Notes: generated from the letters alone by a model not told the origin. A stretch of 64,000 nt of DNA from an uncultured Gammaproteobacteria bacterium (GCA_963714975.1 CAVQQD010000001.1:96001-160000), one strand, 5' to 3'; shown: positions 40,809 to 52,098, numbered from the stretch's first letter. Made by a program: numbers and translations.

Positions 40809-43800
40809 ATGGACGCAAAACTTGAAAAAACCCCAAGCACTCCCGACGATAATTCTTTCCCAAAGAGAAAAAACATACTAACAAGCCCAACTTCAATAGC
40901 CTCGTCAGCGCCTATCTACGCGGGACCTACTTTGAGTCAGATACAGTTACTGGGCAACAGTTTGAGCGCACAGCTGGATCATAATTTTCAAACTTTTCGT
41001 AGAGAGTTCAAGGAAATTTCGGACCTGGAACAGGAGGATCCGAAGAAATTTATTAAAGCACTGGAAGACCTTGCCGTCAAGGTTAACAATTTTAGGGAAG
41101 GTCATAGACAGCAGCATACTGACTTCGGTGGTTATACTCCCGTCAATAATCCACACTGGGATTACTTCAAGAAATTGCTTCAGTATCACAAGGCATATGC
41201 GCCCTCACCACCTAATTCTGTAGCAACCAGCCCAAGCTATCCCAATTCAAATTCGCAATCCTCTTCTGCAACTAGTTCCCCAATCCGAAGTCCTTCCCCT
41301 CTGCAGGGAACACCAGCAACCAGAACAGAGCAAAAGATATCTGCTGACGTAGATGACGCAGACGATCCTTTAACGCCAATTCAACCAGGTTTTGATAAGA
41401 GAAAGAAGCGTCAGCGAAAACCACTCCCACTCCCCTCGCTTGATGCATTGCAGCAAAAGCTAGATGCACTGCATTTTTCTTCCATAGAAAACCAGGACGT
41501 CACGAATCAATCACAGATTTCAGACACCCACGAGGTTAAAACCATACATTATGAGGATGCTACTCCCCTACTCGATGATGCCCCGCAAAGTCCTTCCGAC
41601 GAAACTGATCCAATATCACCACCCCCCCAAGCATTACTAGTTCCCAAGGATTTCAGCATACTGAATCAGTATTGCACTAATCGCTATAAAACGTTTGCTC
41701 CAGCAGAAAGGAAAGAATTTTCAGGTTTACATCACGCAATTGAAGCAAAAATAGCAAGTGCTGCTGAAGCATTCAAGCAAGAACAAGCACGCATCCAAGA
41801 GCTTTGGTTCAAGTCATCCGAGGAAAAAAGATACCTAGAATTGGTCACAAAATTTCTTGAGCTTAAATCTTCACTCGCTAGTCATGGAAAAACCGCACGC
41901 TTTGTGACGGAATTACGTACCCTCACCGAGCAAATCAGCAAGGAAAGTTCTGCTCATTCCCAAAAACATGGCTCTCAAGTCAAACCCGATTGGGCTCAAT
42001 TAACCCAAGCTTGTTATTTACTGCAATTATATGCCCTCAGCGAACTTGCCCACGCAATCGATTACATGGTATTTCCAGACCAAACTACAATTAAATTCAA
42101 CGCGGATGTAAAACCTGCCAGAAATGTCGTCGTCTTAGCTCACTATTGTGCTATATACCCCGATCTTCGTCAGGCTGAAAAATCAGAAGATATTGCTGCA
42201 CGCCTTACAGGCTCAACAACCCAATGGCAGGACCTGGCACATAAATCCATTCTTAATGTTCAAACCAAACGAGCATCGATATCACCGTGGTCATTTTTTA
42301 GATCCCCTGAAGACACGCAATTTAATCTCTATGCCAAGCATTTTTTTGCATATCAGTCTAAATTACGCGGCAACACTTCAGCACCAGAAGTCATGGACGA
42401 AATATGGGAATTCACACAGACTATAGAAACATATAAAAAAAACTGGCAACACCACAATCCCGAGCAAAATTTTGAGGACTCCCAAGAGCATTTCAACGAT
42501 CTATTAAGAGCCTCCTATGTATTGTGGTTAGATGCGTATGATAAAACGTATTCCTCACAAGAACAGGCAATCCCAGAACACATTGAATATAAAATTAACT
42601 GTTTAGTAATACCGCAAGCACCTGAGGAAAAGCAAAATGGCGGTCTTGATCACGAAGCGATTGAAACGTTCAAGCGACAAAACCAAGCAGAACATGATCA
42701 GCAGCAGCTCGTACGGCTAGAACATTGGATTCGGGAAAATCCTTTTAAATTGGTATTGGGTTTAGTAAGCCCCATACTTATTTGGCAGGGGTATCGTTTT
42801 GGCACTCATCCCGATCAGGCTAAGGAATTTGCGGAAAAAATATTAGCTAATGATTGGTATTCTATCCTAATTTTTGGTACGGCTGCTTTGCTGGGTATTT
42901 ATGGAATCTGCATTCGCAATAAAAAACAAGCCATAGCCAAATCTAATGAACAGCTCTTGAAACAAGTCACTAATCTAACACCACAAACCACTGAAACCAA
43001 GACTGGGCGTCCTACTAAAGTAGAGCCCAAAGAAAATGCAGCAACAAACCCTCAAGAAATATTCCATGCTGCTTTCAGGCAATTTTCCTTACCATTACCT
43101 GCTACATTAAAAAATGCAATTCCAACAGATACAAAAGCGGCTACAGCAGCCTTAGTGCAGCTGTTAGAAGAAGGACAAGGAACGAAAGCAGCCAAAATTT
43201 ACCAAGGCTCAAAGGGTTTTTTTCAATTTGAGGACAAAGCGCCACAAAAGGCCTTAGAATTAATTTTGCGAGCTCAAGCGTTGAGAGAAATCCGCGCCTC
43301 ACAACCTGATCCTAGATCTGACAAGAAGAACAATAAGGACAATAAAAAAACAACTCAATCAGCTTCTAATGAACAGGTTTTAGGGTTGCGTTATTTAGTA
43401 AAGCACGGGTATGTGCATGACGCTGCGGATTTAGTCTTTGATACTGAGGGACACTGCAATGCATTAGGAAAGAAAGCTGGAGCGAAAAGTGAGGAAATAA
43501 TAGCGGCTGATTTATATCGCTGTTCGCAAGGAAATCCCGTGCATATTTGGACTGTAAAGCTGGAGATTCTTTCGCTTTGCGAAAAACGCTATGTCGAGGA
43601 GAAAAAGGGTTATGCAAGAGATAAGGTTGTGAACGGTTTATATTATTTCATCAATGCAGAATCCAGCCAGGCAGCTAATTTATTACTCAAAATGCTCAAT
43701 CTAGACCCTATCACAATCCAGACTCCAAGCAATAACCACGATGGCAACAGCTTGTTCACCCTAGCCATTGCATTAGACGAAGTACGAGACCAAGGAAGCA

Positions 43801-45209
43801 AGCAAACCGCCGCTGTTGCCCAGTTACTACTTAAAATCCATGCCCTCGATCCAATGACTGGTTCACAGCTAGTAAGTTGCATTCGATTTTTAAACGTCGC
43901 TCAATTCGGAGCTTTGACTCGAGCCATGTCGGCCATAGCTCCTGAGCAGGCAAAGAAAATAATCCAAGCAAACTCAGCAAAGAAAATAATCCCAGAACAC
44001 GTCATGCTGGCTTGCGCAAAAACAAACCCTGAACTCGTAGCCGAAATTTTTGCTTCGCTACTAACCAAGCGAGCATTGTTACGAGAAAGGTTTCTGCCAG
44101 AAGTTGCTAAAATATTTAAAGAGGATGAAGAATTCCTGACGCTGGATGACAATAAACACACGACCAATAAGCCTGTACTCCCAGCAATTGGGAGAATAGA
44201 GCAAATATTGATGGAAGAACATCCAAAAGCCTATGCGTGTATCCTAATTAACTTGGCGTGTATGGCACTCAGAGAAAAGCAAAACCATCATCCCCACTTA
44301 GAAAAACTACGAAAACTACCCGAAGAAACTCAAATAGCCGCTATAGCAGAGCTTATCCAAGGTGGTTATGGCTCGGAAGTTATAGAAGTGTATGGAAAAA
44401 AGAGCAATGTGCCAATATTAGCAAAGCTTAAAGAAGCAGATAACCCCAAATACCCTGAATATTATGCAAGTCAATTAATAAGCCAATTCATGTTGGCTGA
44501 TGAACCCAAGTACAGCTACCTGAATAACAGAGCAAATACAAAGCCATCCCCAGAAATAAGACATGTTAGCCAAGCTTTAGAATATATAGTAGCAGACAAT
44601 GTCCAGAATGCTTGCGACATAGTATTAGGCGCATTACAAGAAATCGAACCTACACCTGAAGATAAATTGGTTACTACAGAGACTGCAATGTCTTCGCTAT
44701 CTCGATTAGTTGAAGTTAGCAAGGTGATGGGTCAATTCATCACGGAGTATCCACAACCAGCCGCGAAATTTTTCCTAGCACTCGCATCTAATGGAAACGG
44801 CAGAATTAGGCCAGATTGCGTAAATCTTCTGTTAGCACTGCAGTACTCAACCTCTCCGGTATCTTATCAACGCCTGCAGCAAAACATGGAAAAGAGAAAT
44901 CCAAGCTTAACAGAAAAAATTTCTAGTGTTGTTCAGGAAAGAGCGACACGTTTGGATCCAGAATTTCTATTCGCATTTTCTTCTAATCGTCCCGAGATTG
45001 AACGACTAAAAAAGATTTTTACTAACAAAGAAGAAGCTGCGGCTTTAATGCGATTAAATCCCAATCTTAATAGAATCCAAGGTCCGGGTTCATTGAGCGT
45101 TTTCCACGATCTTAACAGGGATACAAATGACATTAATTCCTCCGGTCAAATTTCAACGATCAGTTCTTCAAGAACGAACACATCTACTACTTCTACATCT
45201 ACTACATAA
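40809..45209 (+). CDS. 1466-aa hypothetical protein with Ser/Pro-rich N-terminus, central paired TM segments, helical C-half and Ser/Thr tail (candidate effector)
   Basis: Uninterrupted ORF; hydrophobic pair at about aa 648-702. Confidence 0.8.
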   Translation: MDAKLEKTPSTPDDNSFPKRKNILTSPTSIASSAPIYAGPTLSQIQLLGNSLSAQLDHNFQTFRREFKEISDLEQEDPKKFIKALEDLAVKVNNFREGHRQQHTDFGGYTPVNNPHWDYFKKLLQYHKAYAPSPPNSVATSPSYPNSNSQSSSATSSPIRSPSPLQGTPATRTEQKISADVDDADDPLTPIQPGFDKRKKRQRKPLPLPSLDALQQKLDALHFSSIENQDVTNQSQISDTHEVKTIHYEDATPLLDDAPQSPSDETDPISPPPQALLVPKDFSILNQYCTNRYKTFAPAERKEFSGLHHAIEAKIASAAEAFKQEQARIQELWFKSSEEKRYLELVTKFLELKSSLASHGKTARFVTELRTLTEQISKESSAHSQKHGSQVKPDWAQLTQACYLLQLYALSELAHAIDYMVFPDQTTIKFNADVKPARNVVVLAHYCAIYPDLRQAEKSEDIAARLTGSTTQWQDLAHKSILNVQTKRASISPWSFFRSPEDTQFNLYAKHFFAYQSKLRGNTSAPEVMDEIWEFTQTIETYKKNWQHHNPEQNFEDSQEHFNDLLRASYVLWLDAYDKTYSSQEQAIPEHIEYKINCLVIPQAPEEKQNGGLDHEAIETFKRQNQAEHDQQQLVRLEHWIRENPFKLVLGLVSPILIWQGYRFGTHPDQAKEFAEKILANDWYSILIFGTAALLGIYGICIRNKKQAIAKSNEQLLKQVTNLTPQTTETKTGRPTKVEPKENAATNPQEIFHAAFRQFSLPLPATLKNAIPTDTKAATAALVQLLEEGQGTKAAKIYQGSKGFFQFEDKAPQKALELILRAQALREIRASQPDPRSDKKNNKDNKKTTQSASNEQVLGLRYLVKHGYVHDAADLVFDTEGHCNALGKKAGAKSEEIIAADLYRCSQGNPVHIWTVKLEILSLCEKRYVEEKKGYARDKVVNGLYYFINAESSQAANLLLKMLNLDPITIQTPSNNHDGNSLFTLAIALDEVRDQGSKQTAAVAQLLLKIHALDPMTGSQLVSCIRFLNVAQFGALTRAMSAIAPEQAKKIIQANSAKKIIPEHVMLACAKTNPELVAEIFASLLTKRALLRERFLPEVAKIFKEDEEFLTLDDNKHTTNKPVLPAIGRIEQILMEEHPKAYACILINLACMALREKQNHHPHLEKLRKLPEETQIAAIAELIQGGYGSEVIEVYGKKSNVPILAKLKEADNPKYPEYYASQLISQFMLADEPKYSYLNNRANTKPSPEIRHVSQALEYIVADNVQNACDIVLGALQEIEPTPEDKLVTTETAMSSLSRLVEVSKVMGQFITEYPQPAAKFFLALASNGNGRIRPDCVNLLLALQYSTSPVSYQRLQQNMEKRNPSLTEKISSVVQERATRLDPEFLFAFSSNRPEIERLKKIFTNKEEAAALMRLNPNLNRIQGPGSLSVFHDLNRDTNDINSSGQISTISSSRTNTSTTSTSTT

Positions 45210-45226
45210 AGCTCGAGGTGCTTTGT

Positions 45227-46934
45227 ATGCAACTACCATTAGGGTACGATGATTTTAAAAAAATTAGAGATAAACAACTCGATTGGGTTGATAAAAGTTT
45301 ATTTATCCAAGAAATCCTCGATGATAAAGCTACTGAAGTAACCGTAATCACCCGTCCCCGCCGTTTTGGCAAGACTCTAAATTTGTCTATGCTGCATTAC
45401 TTTTTGGCAGCTAAAGCGCACGGACAATCCACTCAAGGTTTATTTGATGGCACGAAGATTGCTGCTTTGGGTAACGAATATATGCAACACCAAGGCCGTT
45501 ATCCTGTGATCTTTGTCACCTTTAAGGAGGTGAAAAATAATCACTTTGAAGCTGCTTACGGCATGATGAAGAAACTCATGTCACAGCTTTATCGAGAATA
45601 CCAGCATGAACTACCAAATAGTCCACGATTAACCTCGAGTGATAAAGAAAAATTTCTTGCTGTGCTGGAAGAGCGGGTTGATGAATCAGCAGTTCGTTCG
45701 GCATTGGTTGATTTATGCTATTACCTGTATCAGCATTATCAAGTCAAACCTTGGTTGCTGATCGATGAGTACGATACTCCGATTCAAGCTGCTTATGTGC
45801 ATAACTACTATGACCCAATGCTCAATCTAATGCGGGGGATTCTTTGGCCCCGCGTTAAAAACCAATCCCTATCTCGAAAGAGCGGTGATTACCGGCATTT
45901 TACGGGTTGCCAAGGAAAGTCTATTTTCAGGGTTAAATAATTTAAAAGTCTATACTTTGACGAATTCTCAATATGGGCAGTATTTTGGTTTTACTGAAGA
46001 CGAGGTAGAAAATTTACTCCAGCAAGCAGGCTTACAACAGCAAGCACCTGCGATTCGTGATTGGTACAACGGTTATAAGGCCGGAACATACACCGTCTAC
46101 AATCCCTGGTCGATCGTCAATTGCATTCGCGAACAAGGAGAATTAGCGCCTTATTGGGTCAATACCAGTGATAATCACCTGATTAAAACCCTATTACTGG
46201 GATCGAATGAAGGCTTTAGAACTCAATTTGAGAATTTATTACAAGGGAAGACGATTGAGAAAGCAATTGATGAAACTTTGGCATTTGCTGATCTAAATCC
46301 CCAGGGAGGTAGGAGTGATTCAGCAGGTTGGAGTTTATTGTTTGCAGCAGGTTATTTGAAAGTGATTGCTTCACAACGCATTGGAGCAACATTACATTGC
46401 CAGTTAGCAATCCCTAATGAAGAAGTGCGCAGTTTATATCAACAAATTATCCAGCAATGGTTAGCTGATGGGCGTGACGAAGCATGGTTTAATACTTTTT
46501 TAAATCACTTACTCACGGGTGATTTAGTAGCCTTCGAACAGGATTTAAAACATCTGGTTGAACAAACATTCAGTGTCCACGACATTTCCAAAGATCCTGA
46601 AGCGTTTTATCACGGTTTTATGGTTGGTGCGACAGCAAGTCTGTACCACAATCCAAATTATGAAATTAAATCGAATCGGGAGGCTGGTTATGGTCGCTAC
46701 GATTATATGATTTTTTCGCATGATAAAAATAAGCTGACGATTTTAATTGAGCTCAAACGAGTACCCAAAGATACCCCTAATTTAGATCAAGCCTTGGAGC
46801 AAGCGGCGCAACACGCTTTGGAACAAATGGAATTGCAGAATTATGCGGCTGAAGCGAGGCAGCGTGGCAGAACTAAGATATTGCAGATTGGCTTAGCATT
46901 TTCTGGCAAGCGGTTTAAATTATTGTCGCAATAA
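45227..46934 (+). CDS. AAA-ATPase-like plus PD-(D/E)XK nuclease protein, copy 1; one frameshift at G5 45834-45838
   Basis: RPRRFGKT, LIDEYDTP, ITGILR, YNPWS, EAFYHG and SNREAGYGRYD; G5 to G4 joins the two ORFs. Confidence 0.88.
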
Positions 46935-46986
46935 GGTTGTAAAAGTGGTGAATAGTTACTAAAAAATTAGGATAGTTCACAATTTT

Positions 46987-49059
46987 ATGGATAGATTTCT
47001 TCGCATTGTGGTGTTTTTCCTTATCAGCCAGACTTGCCTGGCAGCGGATATTAGCGTTATTCGCGATCCTTTTCTGTTGCTAAATCAATTTTATGCCCTG
47101 AAAGCCAATCATCCTAATCTTGCTTTTGGGGCGTTAAAATTATTATTACTCCAAGATCCTAATAATGTCACTGCTTTAAAAGAAATGGGTTATTGGCAAC
47201 TTGCGCATAACCATCAAGCAGAAGCCGTGGATTATTTTATAAAAGCTAATCGACTTAAACCAGATCCACAAATTGCGTTACAAATTGCTTACATTGATGT
47301 GGCACTAAAGCAAAATCAGCAAGCCGAGGATTACTTAAAAAGCGTCATCAGTTCCGGGCAATCGGAATTGGCAGCTAAAGCCCAAGTGGCCTTAGCGAAT
47401 ATTCAAGGGGTCGCACCTTCAGCGCCGTCGGCTGCTGCGACCAGCCCAAGCCCTGCGCCTGCACCTATTGCAATACCAGTACCTACTCCAGCCGCCCCAC
47501 CCCAAAAAAAACCGCAGCCACAAATCTCGCCACGCGACGAACAGCTAAATCAATTTTATCATTTACAAAAAACTGATCCGGTTGCCGCAGAAAAAATCTT
47601 GCGCCAATTGGTAGAGCAGTATCCCAATGATCCCCAATTGTTAAATCAAATGGGTTACTTGCAATTGCAGCTGAAAAATAAACCCGCCGCTATCCACTAT
47701 TTTTCGCAATCCTACCCGCTGCAAAAAGAATCCACGATTGCGTTGCAATTAGGTTATTTGTGGGCGGAAACCAAGCAATACGAAAAAGCGGTGGAATATT
47801 TTACCGCGGCGCTGGCGAGAATCACCGATCCGAAATTAAAACAACAAGCCTCAGCCGCCCTGACCTTCAGTAAAAAAGCCTTACATCCGCCCGCACCTCC
47901 GCCGGCAGCCAAACCGCAATTAGCGGCAAAAGCACCGCAATTATCGCTAACCGAGCAATTGCTGAATGAATATTATCCGCTTAAAAAAACCAACCCCACC
48001 GCGGCACGAACTTTATTATTGACCCTACTCCAGCACGATCCCTACAATACCACAGCGCTGCTTGAATTAGCCTACTCTTACAATGCAGAAAAAAATTATG
48101 ACCAAGCCTATATTTATTTTTTACGCGATTATCAAATAACCCACAACCCAGAAATTGCCGTGCAGTTAGGTTATGTGTTAGATGCCTCTGATCACAAATA
48201 TCTTGCCTACCACTATTTTGTTGAAGGGGCGCAAAGTGCTGATCCAGCCTTAAGTTTAAAAAGTAACCAAGCTTTAACCAATTTAGCGGGTTGGAATACC
48301 CGCGCGCTGCCGTCGCCATTGTTTGCAGATGTGTATTTATCCCCCCTGTATTATGGGCGATTTAATTTAGGGGTTTTGCCTTATATTGTTCGTGCAGGTG
48401 TTTACTTAGATCAAGCCCATCGCACCGAATTATATACATCTTTGCGCTATACTCGGGATAATAAATCGTTGCTATCGGCCGGCGTGTCGCCAGAAATTTT
48501 TGAAGATGATGTGATGGTAATGGCTCTTGGCATACGACATCAATTGTTCAAGAAATTCCCGTTGTATTTTTATACTGAGGCTGGAGCGGCTTATGACTTG
48601 GTCTACCGTTTGCGTCCGCGTTGGCGAGGCGATTTTCGCAGCGGCTTTATTGCTTATGATAATTGGGGTCGCAAGCCGACCTATCAACCTGAATTTACTT
48701 TTTTATTTAAACCCGTGGGAGATTTTTATGGCGATCTGACTTTCTACACTCGCTATGGCGATGACATCATTGGGACGGCGCGGGTACGGCAAGGATTTCG
48801 TGTAGTGGAATATCATGCTAGTTTCATCGATATTTATTTAAAAGGGCAATATGGCATGGATACCTTGGGTCAGTATTATAATAATTATCTGGAATGCGGA
48901 CCTGGCATTGCTTGGGTGCCCAATAATCGTTACAACCTAGCAATACGGCTGGAAGCTATTCAGGGGTATTATATCGATGTAAATAGCCCCACCCCCAATC
49001 CCTTTAGTCCTCATTATAGTACCAATAATATTCAACTTGAGCTTTATGCTCGTTTTTAG
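46987..49059 (+). CDS. NfrA-like exported TPR protein with predicted C-terminal beta-barrel
   Basis: Signal peptide, three TPR modules with Pro/Ala linkers, aromatic-rich C-domain ending in F; directly upstream of nfrB. Confidence 0.7.
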   Translation: MDRFLRIVVFFLISQTCLAADISVIRDPFLLLNQFYALKANHPNLAFGALKLLLLQDPNNVTALKEMGYWQLAHNHQAEAVDYFIKANRLKPDPQIALQIAYIDVALKQNQQAEDYLKSVISSGQSELAAKAQVALANIQGVAPSAPSAAATSPSPAPAPIAIPVPTPAAPPQKKPQPQISPRDEQLNQFYHLQKTDPVAAEKILRQLVEQYPNDPQLLNQMGYLQLQLKNKPAAIHYFSQSYPLQKESTIALQLGYLWAETKQYEKAVEYFTAALARITDPKLKQQASAALTFSKKALHPPAPPPAAKPQLAAKAPQLSLTEQLLNEYYPLKKTNPTAARTLLLTLLQHDPYNTTALLELAYSYNAEKNYDQAYIYFLRDYQITHNPEIAVQLGYVLDASDHKYLAYHYFVEGAQSADPALSLKSNQALTNLAGWNTRALPSPLFADVYLSPLYYGRFNLGVLPYIVRAGVYLDQAHRTELYTSLRYTRDNKSLLSAGVSPEIFEDDVMVMALGIRHQLFKKFPLYFYTEAGAAYDLVYRLRPRWRGDFRSGFIAYDNWGRKPTYQPEFTFLFKPVGDFYGDLTFYTRYGDDIIGTARVRQGFRVVEYHASFIDIYLKGQYGMDTLGQYYNNYLECGPGIAWVPNNRYNLAIRLEAIQGYYIDVNSPTPNPFSPHYSTNNIQLELYARF

Positions 49060-49074
49060 GAGTCGAGAAAAATC

Positions 49075-50922
49075 ATGCTAATTTTATTTGATCTGATGTG
49101 GTTTTTATTGATTGTAATTGCTGCAGTATTTTTTCTTTTTGGTTTGGATGGGGTGTTTCTCGATTTATATTATATGGGCTATAGCTTGTTTCGTGCGATT
49201 AAAAAGCGTAAATATCCGCCATTAACTTATGAGCAATTGGCCAATTGTCCCGAGAAAAAAATTGCCATTATTGTGCCGTGTTGGCAAGAGGCCAATGTGA
49301 TTGGGGATATGTTGCGGCATAATGTGCGGGCCATTGATTATCGTAATTACACTTTGTTTGTGGGGGTTTACGCCAATGATCCAGAGACGGTGGCCGTGGT
49401 GCAGGAAGCCGAAAAAACCTTTTCTTCAGTGTGTTGTGTGATTGGTTCCAACCCTGGCCCCACCACAAAGGCAGATAATTTAAATGCGATGTATGCCTAT
49501 ATCTTAGCTCAAGAAGCGAAATTACCGGAACGCTATGAAATTATTGTATTACACGATTCAGAAGATATGATTCATCCGCTTTCTTTGAAATTATATAATT
49601 ATTTAATTCCGCGCAAAGAAATGGTGCAAATTCCTATTTTTCCTTTGGCAGTCAATTATTTCAATTTTACCCATTGGATTTATAACGATGAATTTGCCGA
49701 ATACCATACTAAAGATATCATTGTCCGTGAGGCAATTCGTGGTTTAGTACCTTCGGCCGGCGTCGGGACCGCTTTTGCCCGTCGCGCGATTGAGCGACTG
49801 ACGGAAGATAATCCGGGGAAATTGCCGTTTGCGTTGGGACATTTAACCGAAGATTACAATACTTCGTTAAAAATTCGCTTGGCAAATTTTAAAGCGATTT
49901 TTCTTACTCAAAAAATTTGGCGCAAGCAATACCAACGAAATTCTTTTTCTTCACGTTTGTATCTGCGTAAAGTTAAAGAATATGTGGCAACCCGCGCGCT
50001 TTTTCCCACGGAGTATACTAAAGCAGTTCGACAAAAGGCCCGATGGATTATCGGCATCGCGATTCAAGAATGGTTGGAAACCGGTTGGAAAGGCGACTTT
50101 TCTACCCGCTATTGCTTGTTAACCGATCGCAAGTCGTTGTTTACCCATTTGGTCAATGGTCTTGGTTATGTGGTATTTTTATTTTGGGTATTTTATGCCT
50201 GGTGGCAATTTTATCATCCAGCTTACCCCAGCTTACAAGATCAATTTAATCATTGGCCGCTAGTATGGTATTTAATTTTAGGCTGTACGATCATTATGGT
50301 GGATCGTTTAATCCAACGGATGATTGCCACCTGGCGAGTTTATGGCATTATTCCGGCCTTGCTCAGTGTGCCACGCACCTTTTATGCCAATATATTAAAT
50401 CTTCATGCGGTATTACGTGCTTACCATTTGTTCTTCTTTAATCCGGTGAATAAAAAACAACCGAAGTGGGAAAAAACCGAGCACATTTTTGCTCCGAGCC
50501 CAATCCTTCGTTCCTCTGATAAAAAATTAGGTAATTATTTGGTAGAGGAAGGGTATTTAAGTGAACCAGAATGCGTACAAATTTTGAGTGAGCAATTACA
50601 AACGGGCGAGCGCATGGGAGACTTACTGATACAAAAAGGCATTTTATCTCAGGACCAACTGTATCAGCTATTAGCAAAACAATATAATCTACAATACCTG
50701 CCAAAACTCCCGGCGATTCTGCCACGTGAGCAATTGTCTGGAGTTTCAGCAAAAGATTATCAGTGGATGTTAGAAAATCAGTTCTTCCCGATTCAATTAC
50801 TCGCAGAGGATCCTGAATTATTGCTCGCCATTGTCGATCCTGCCAATACCGCCGGCATGGAAAGAGTGGAAAAGATTTTAGCAGGGTATCAAGTTCGCTG
50901 TGTCTTAGTTAAAAATACGTAA
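49075..50922 (+). CDS. nfrB: NfrB-like GT2 glycosyltransferase with MshEN c-di-GMP-binding domain
   Basis: GPTTKADNLN, HDSED, VPSAGVG, LTEDY, RQKARW and WEKTEH; tandem LGxxLxxxG MshEN motifs. Confidence 0.88.
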   Translation: MLILFDLMWFLLIVIAAVFFLFGLDGVFLDLYYMGYSLFRAIKKRKYPPLTYEQLANCPEKKIAIIVPCWQEANVIGDMLRHNVRAIDYRNYTLFVGVYANDPETVAVVQEAEKTFSSVCCVIGSNPGPTTKADNLNAMYAYILAQEAKLPERYEIIVLHDSEDMIHPLSLKLYNYLIPRKEMVQIPIFPLAVNYFNFTHWIYNDEFAEYHTKDIIVREAIRGLVPSAGVGTAFARRAIERLTEDNPGKLPFALGHLTEDYNTSLKIRLANFKAIFLTQKIWRKQYQRNSFSSRLYLRKVKEYVATRALFPTEYTKAVRQKARWIIGIAIQEWLETGWKGDFSTRYCLLTDRKSLFTHLVNGLGYVVFLFWVFYAWWQFYHPAYPSLQDQFNHWPLVWYLILGCTIIMVDRLIQRMIATWRVYGIIPALLSVPRTFYANILNLHAVLRAYHLFFFNPVNKKQPKWEKTEHIFAPSPILRSSDKKLGNYLVEEGYLSEPECVQILSEQLQTGERMGDLLIQKGILSQDQLYQLLAKQYNLQYLPKLPAILPREQLSGVSAKDYQWMLENQFFPIQLLAEDPELLLAIVDPANTAGMERVEKILAGYQVRCVLVKNT

Positions 50923-51062
50923 ACGCCGCTCCGAGATGACAGCACTAAAGGTTTTAGGCTAAAATCTAGACCCTTGTCGCTCTGTAGGGGACAAAAATAA
51001 TCCCTCCCTTTGGAAAAGGGGGAAATTATGAAGGACGACGCTTTCACCAGTGAGATGCTTCT

Positions 51063-51589
51063 ATGCCATTACCTTTAGGTCACGATGATTTTAAAGAACT
51101 TATTGATTATCGATTGGATTTTGTCGACTCGAGAGTCCTAAGTTCCAGCCACAAATCCAGGATGTAGGAGTAATTCAGCAGGTTGGAGTTTATTGTTTGC
51201 AGCGGGGTATCTGAAAGTGGTTGCTTCACAACGCATTGGAGCAACATTACATTGCCAGTTAGCAATCCCTAATGAAGAAGTGCGCAGTTTATATCAACAA
51301 ATTATCCAGCAATGGTTAGCTATCGAACAGGGAGAGTGGTTATGGTCGTTATGACTATATGATTTTTTCGCGTGATGAAAACAAACCAACAATTTTAATT
51401 GAACTCAAGCGAGTATCCAAAGATACGCCTAATTTAGATCAGGCCTTGGAACAAGCCGCACAACACGCTTTGGAACAAATGGAATTGCAAAATTATGCGG
51501 CTGAAGCAAAGCAGCGCGGCAGGACTAAGCTATTGCAGATTGGTCTAGCGTTTTCAGGTAAGCGGTTTAAATTGCTATGGCATTATTGA
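51063..51589 (+). pseudogene. AAA/PD-(D/E)XK copy 2 with two large internal deletions
   Basis: MPLPLGHDDF start; 51173-51321 is nearly identical to 46318-46467; the C-terminus is intact. Confidence 0.88.
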
Positions 51590-51799
51590 AATTACCACGT
51601 AGTTTTTTTAATCGCCATGTGGTTGAATAAGCATCTGGGTATCCACATGGAACATAATGGCCTGGATTTAGTGAGTCATGACGCTTTTTACGTGACTGAT
51701 AATCGAGATAGGTTACAATATAAAGCCACATCACGGATTGGCATAAAACAGGCTACTGATAAATTATGGCGATTTGTGGCGGTACCCACCTGCCCTTAA
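51577..51799 (+). pseudogene. DNA-3-methyladenine glycosylase (MPG) remnant A
   Basis: MALLKLPRSFFNRHVVE joined to ...NGLDL...ATSRIGIKQATDKLWRF. Confidence 0.75.
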
Positions 51800-51827
51800 T
51801 ATATCCTTCATATTTGCCTGTTATTAT
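51795..51827 (+). promoter_or_regulatory. PmrA-type promoter CTTAATATA-TC-CTTCATATT-N7-TATTAT
   Basis: Consensus match with the same geometry as 26203, 56542 and 62509. Confidence 0.7.
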
Positions 51828-51851
51828 TGGTCAAATTTTAATATTTATTTT

Positions 51852-52049
51852 GTAATCATTCACCATCTTTGTGCGTAAAAATCCTTCTCCCCTTGTGGGA
51901 GAAGGTGCCCGAAAGGGCGGATGAGGGGTAAACTTGAAAACAGCAAGAAGCATTTTATTAGCTAACTGCTGCTTACCCCTCACCCGCGCGCCTTACGGCG
52001 CGGCGGCCTCTCCCACAAGGGGAGAGGCAAAATCGTGGTGAATGGTTAC
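51852..52049. mobile_element. About 200-bp MITE with TIRs GTAATCATTCACCA / TGGTGAATGGTTAC enclosing two inverted family A repeats
   Basis: Terminal inverted repeats; second copy at 56599-56801. Confidence 0.85.
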
Positions 52050-52098
52050 CACAGTTTTTAGTATTTATTTTAATTAAACGAAACTTAAGAGGTTTAAC

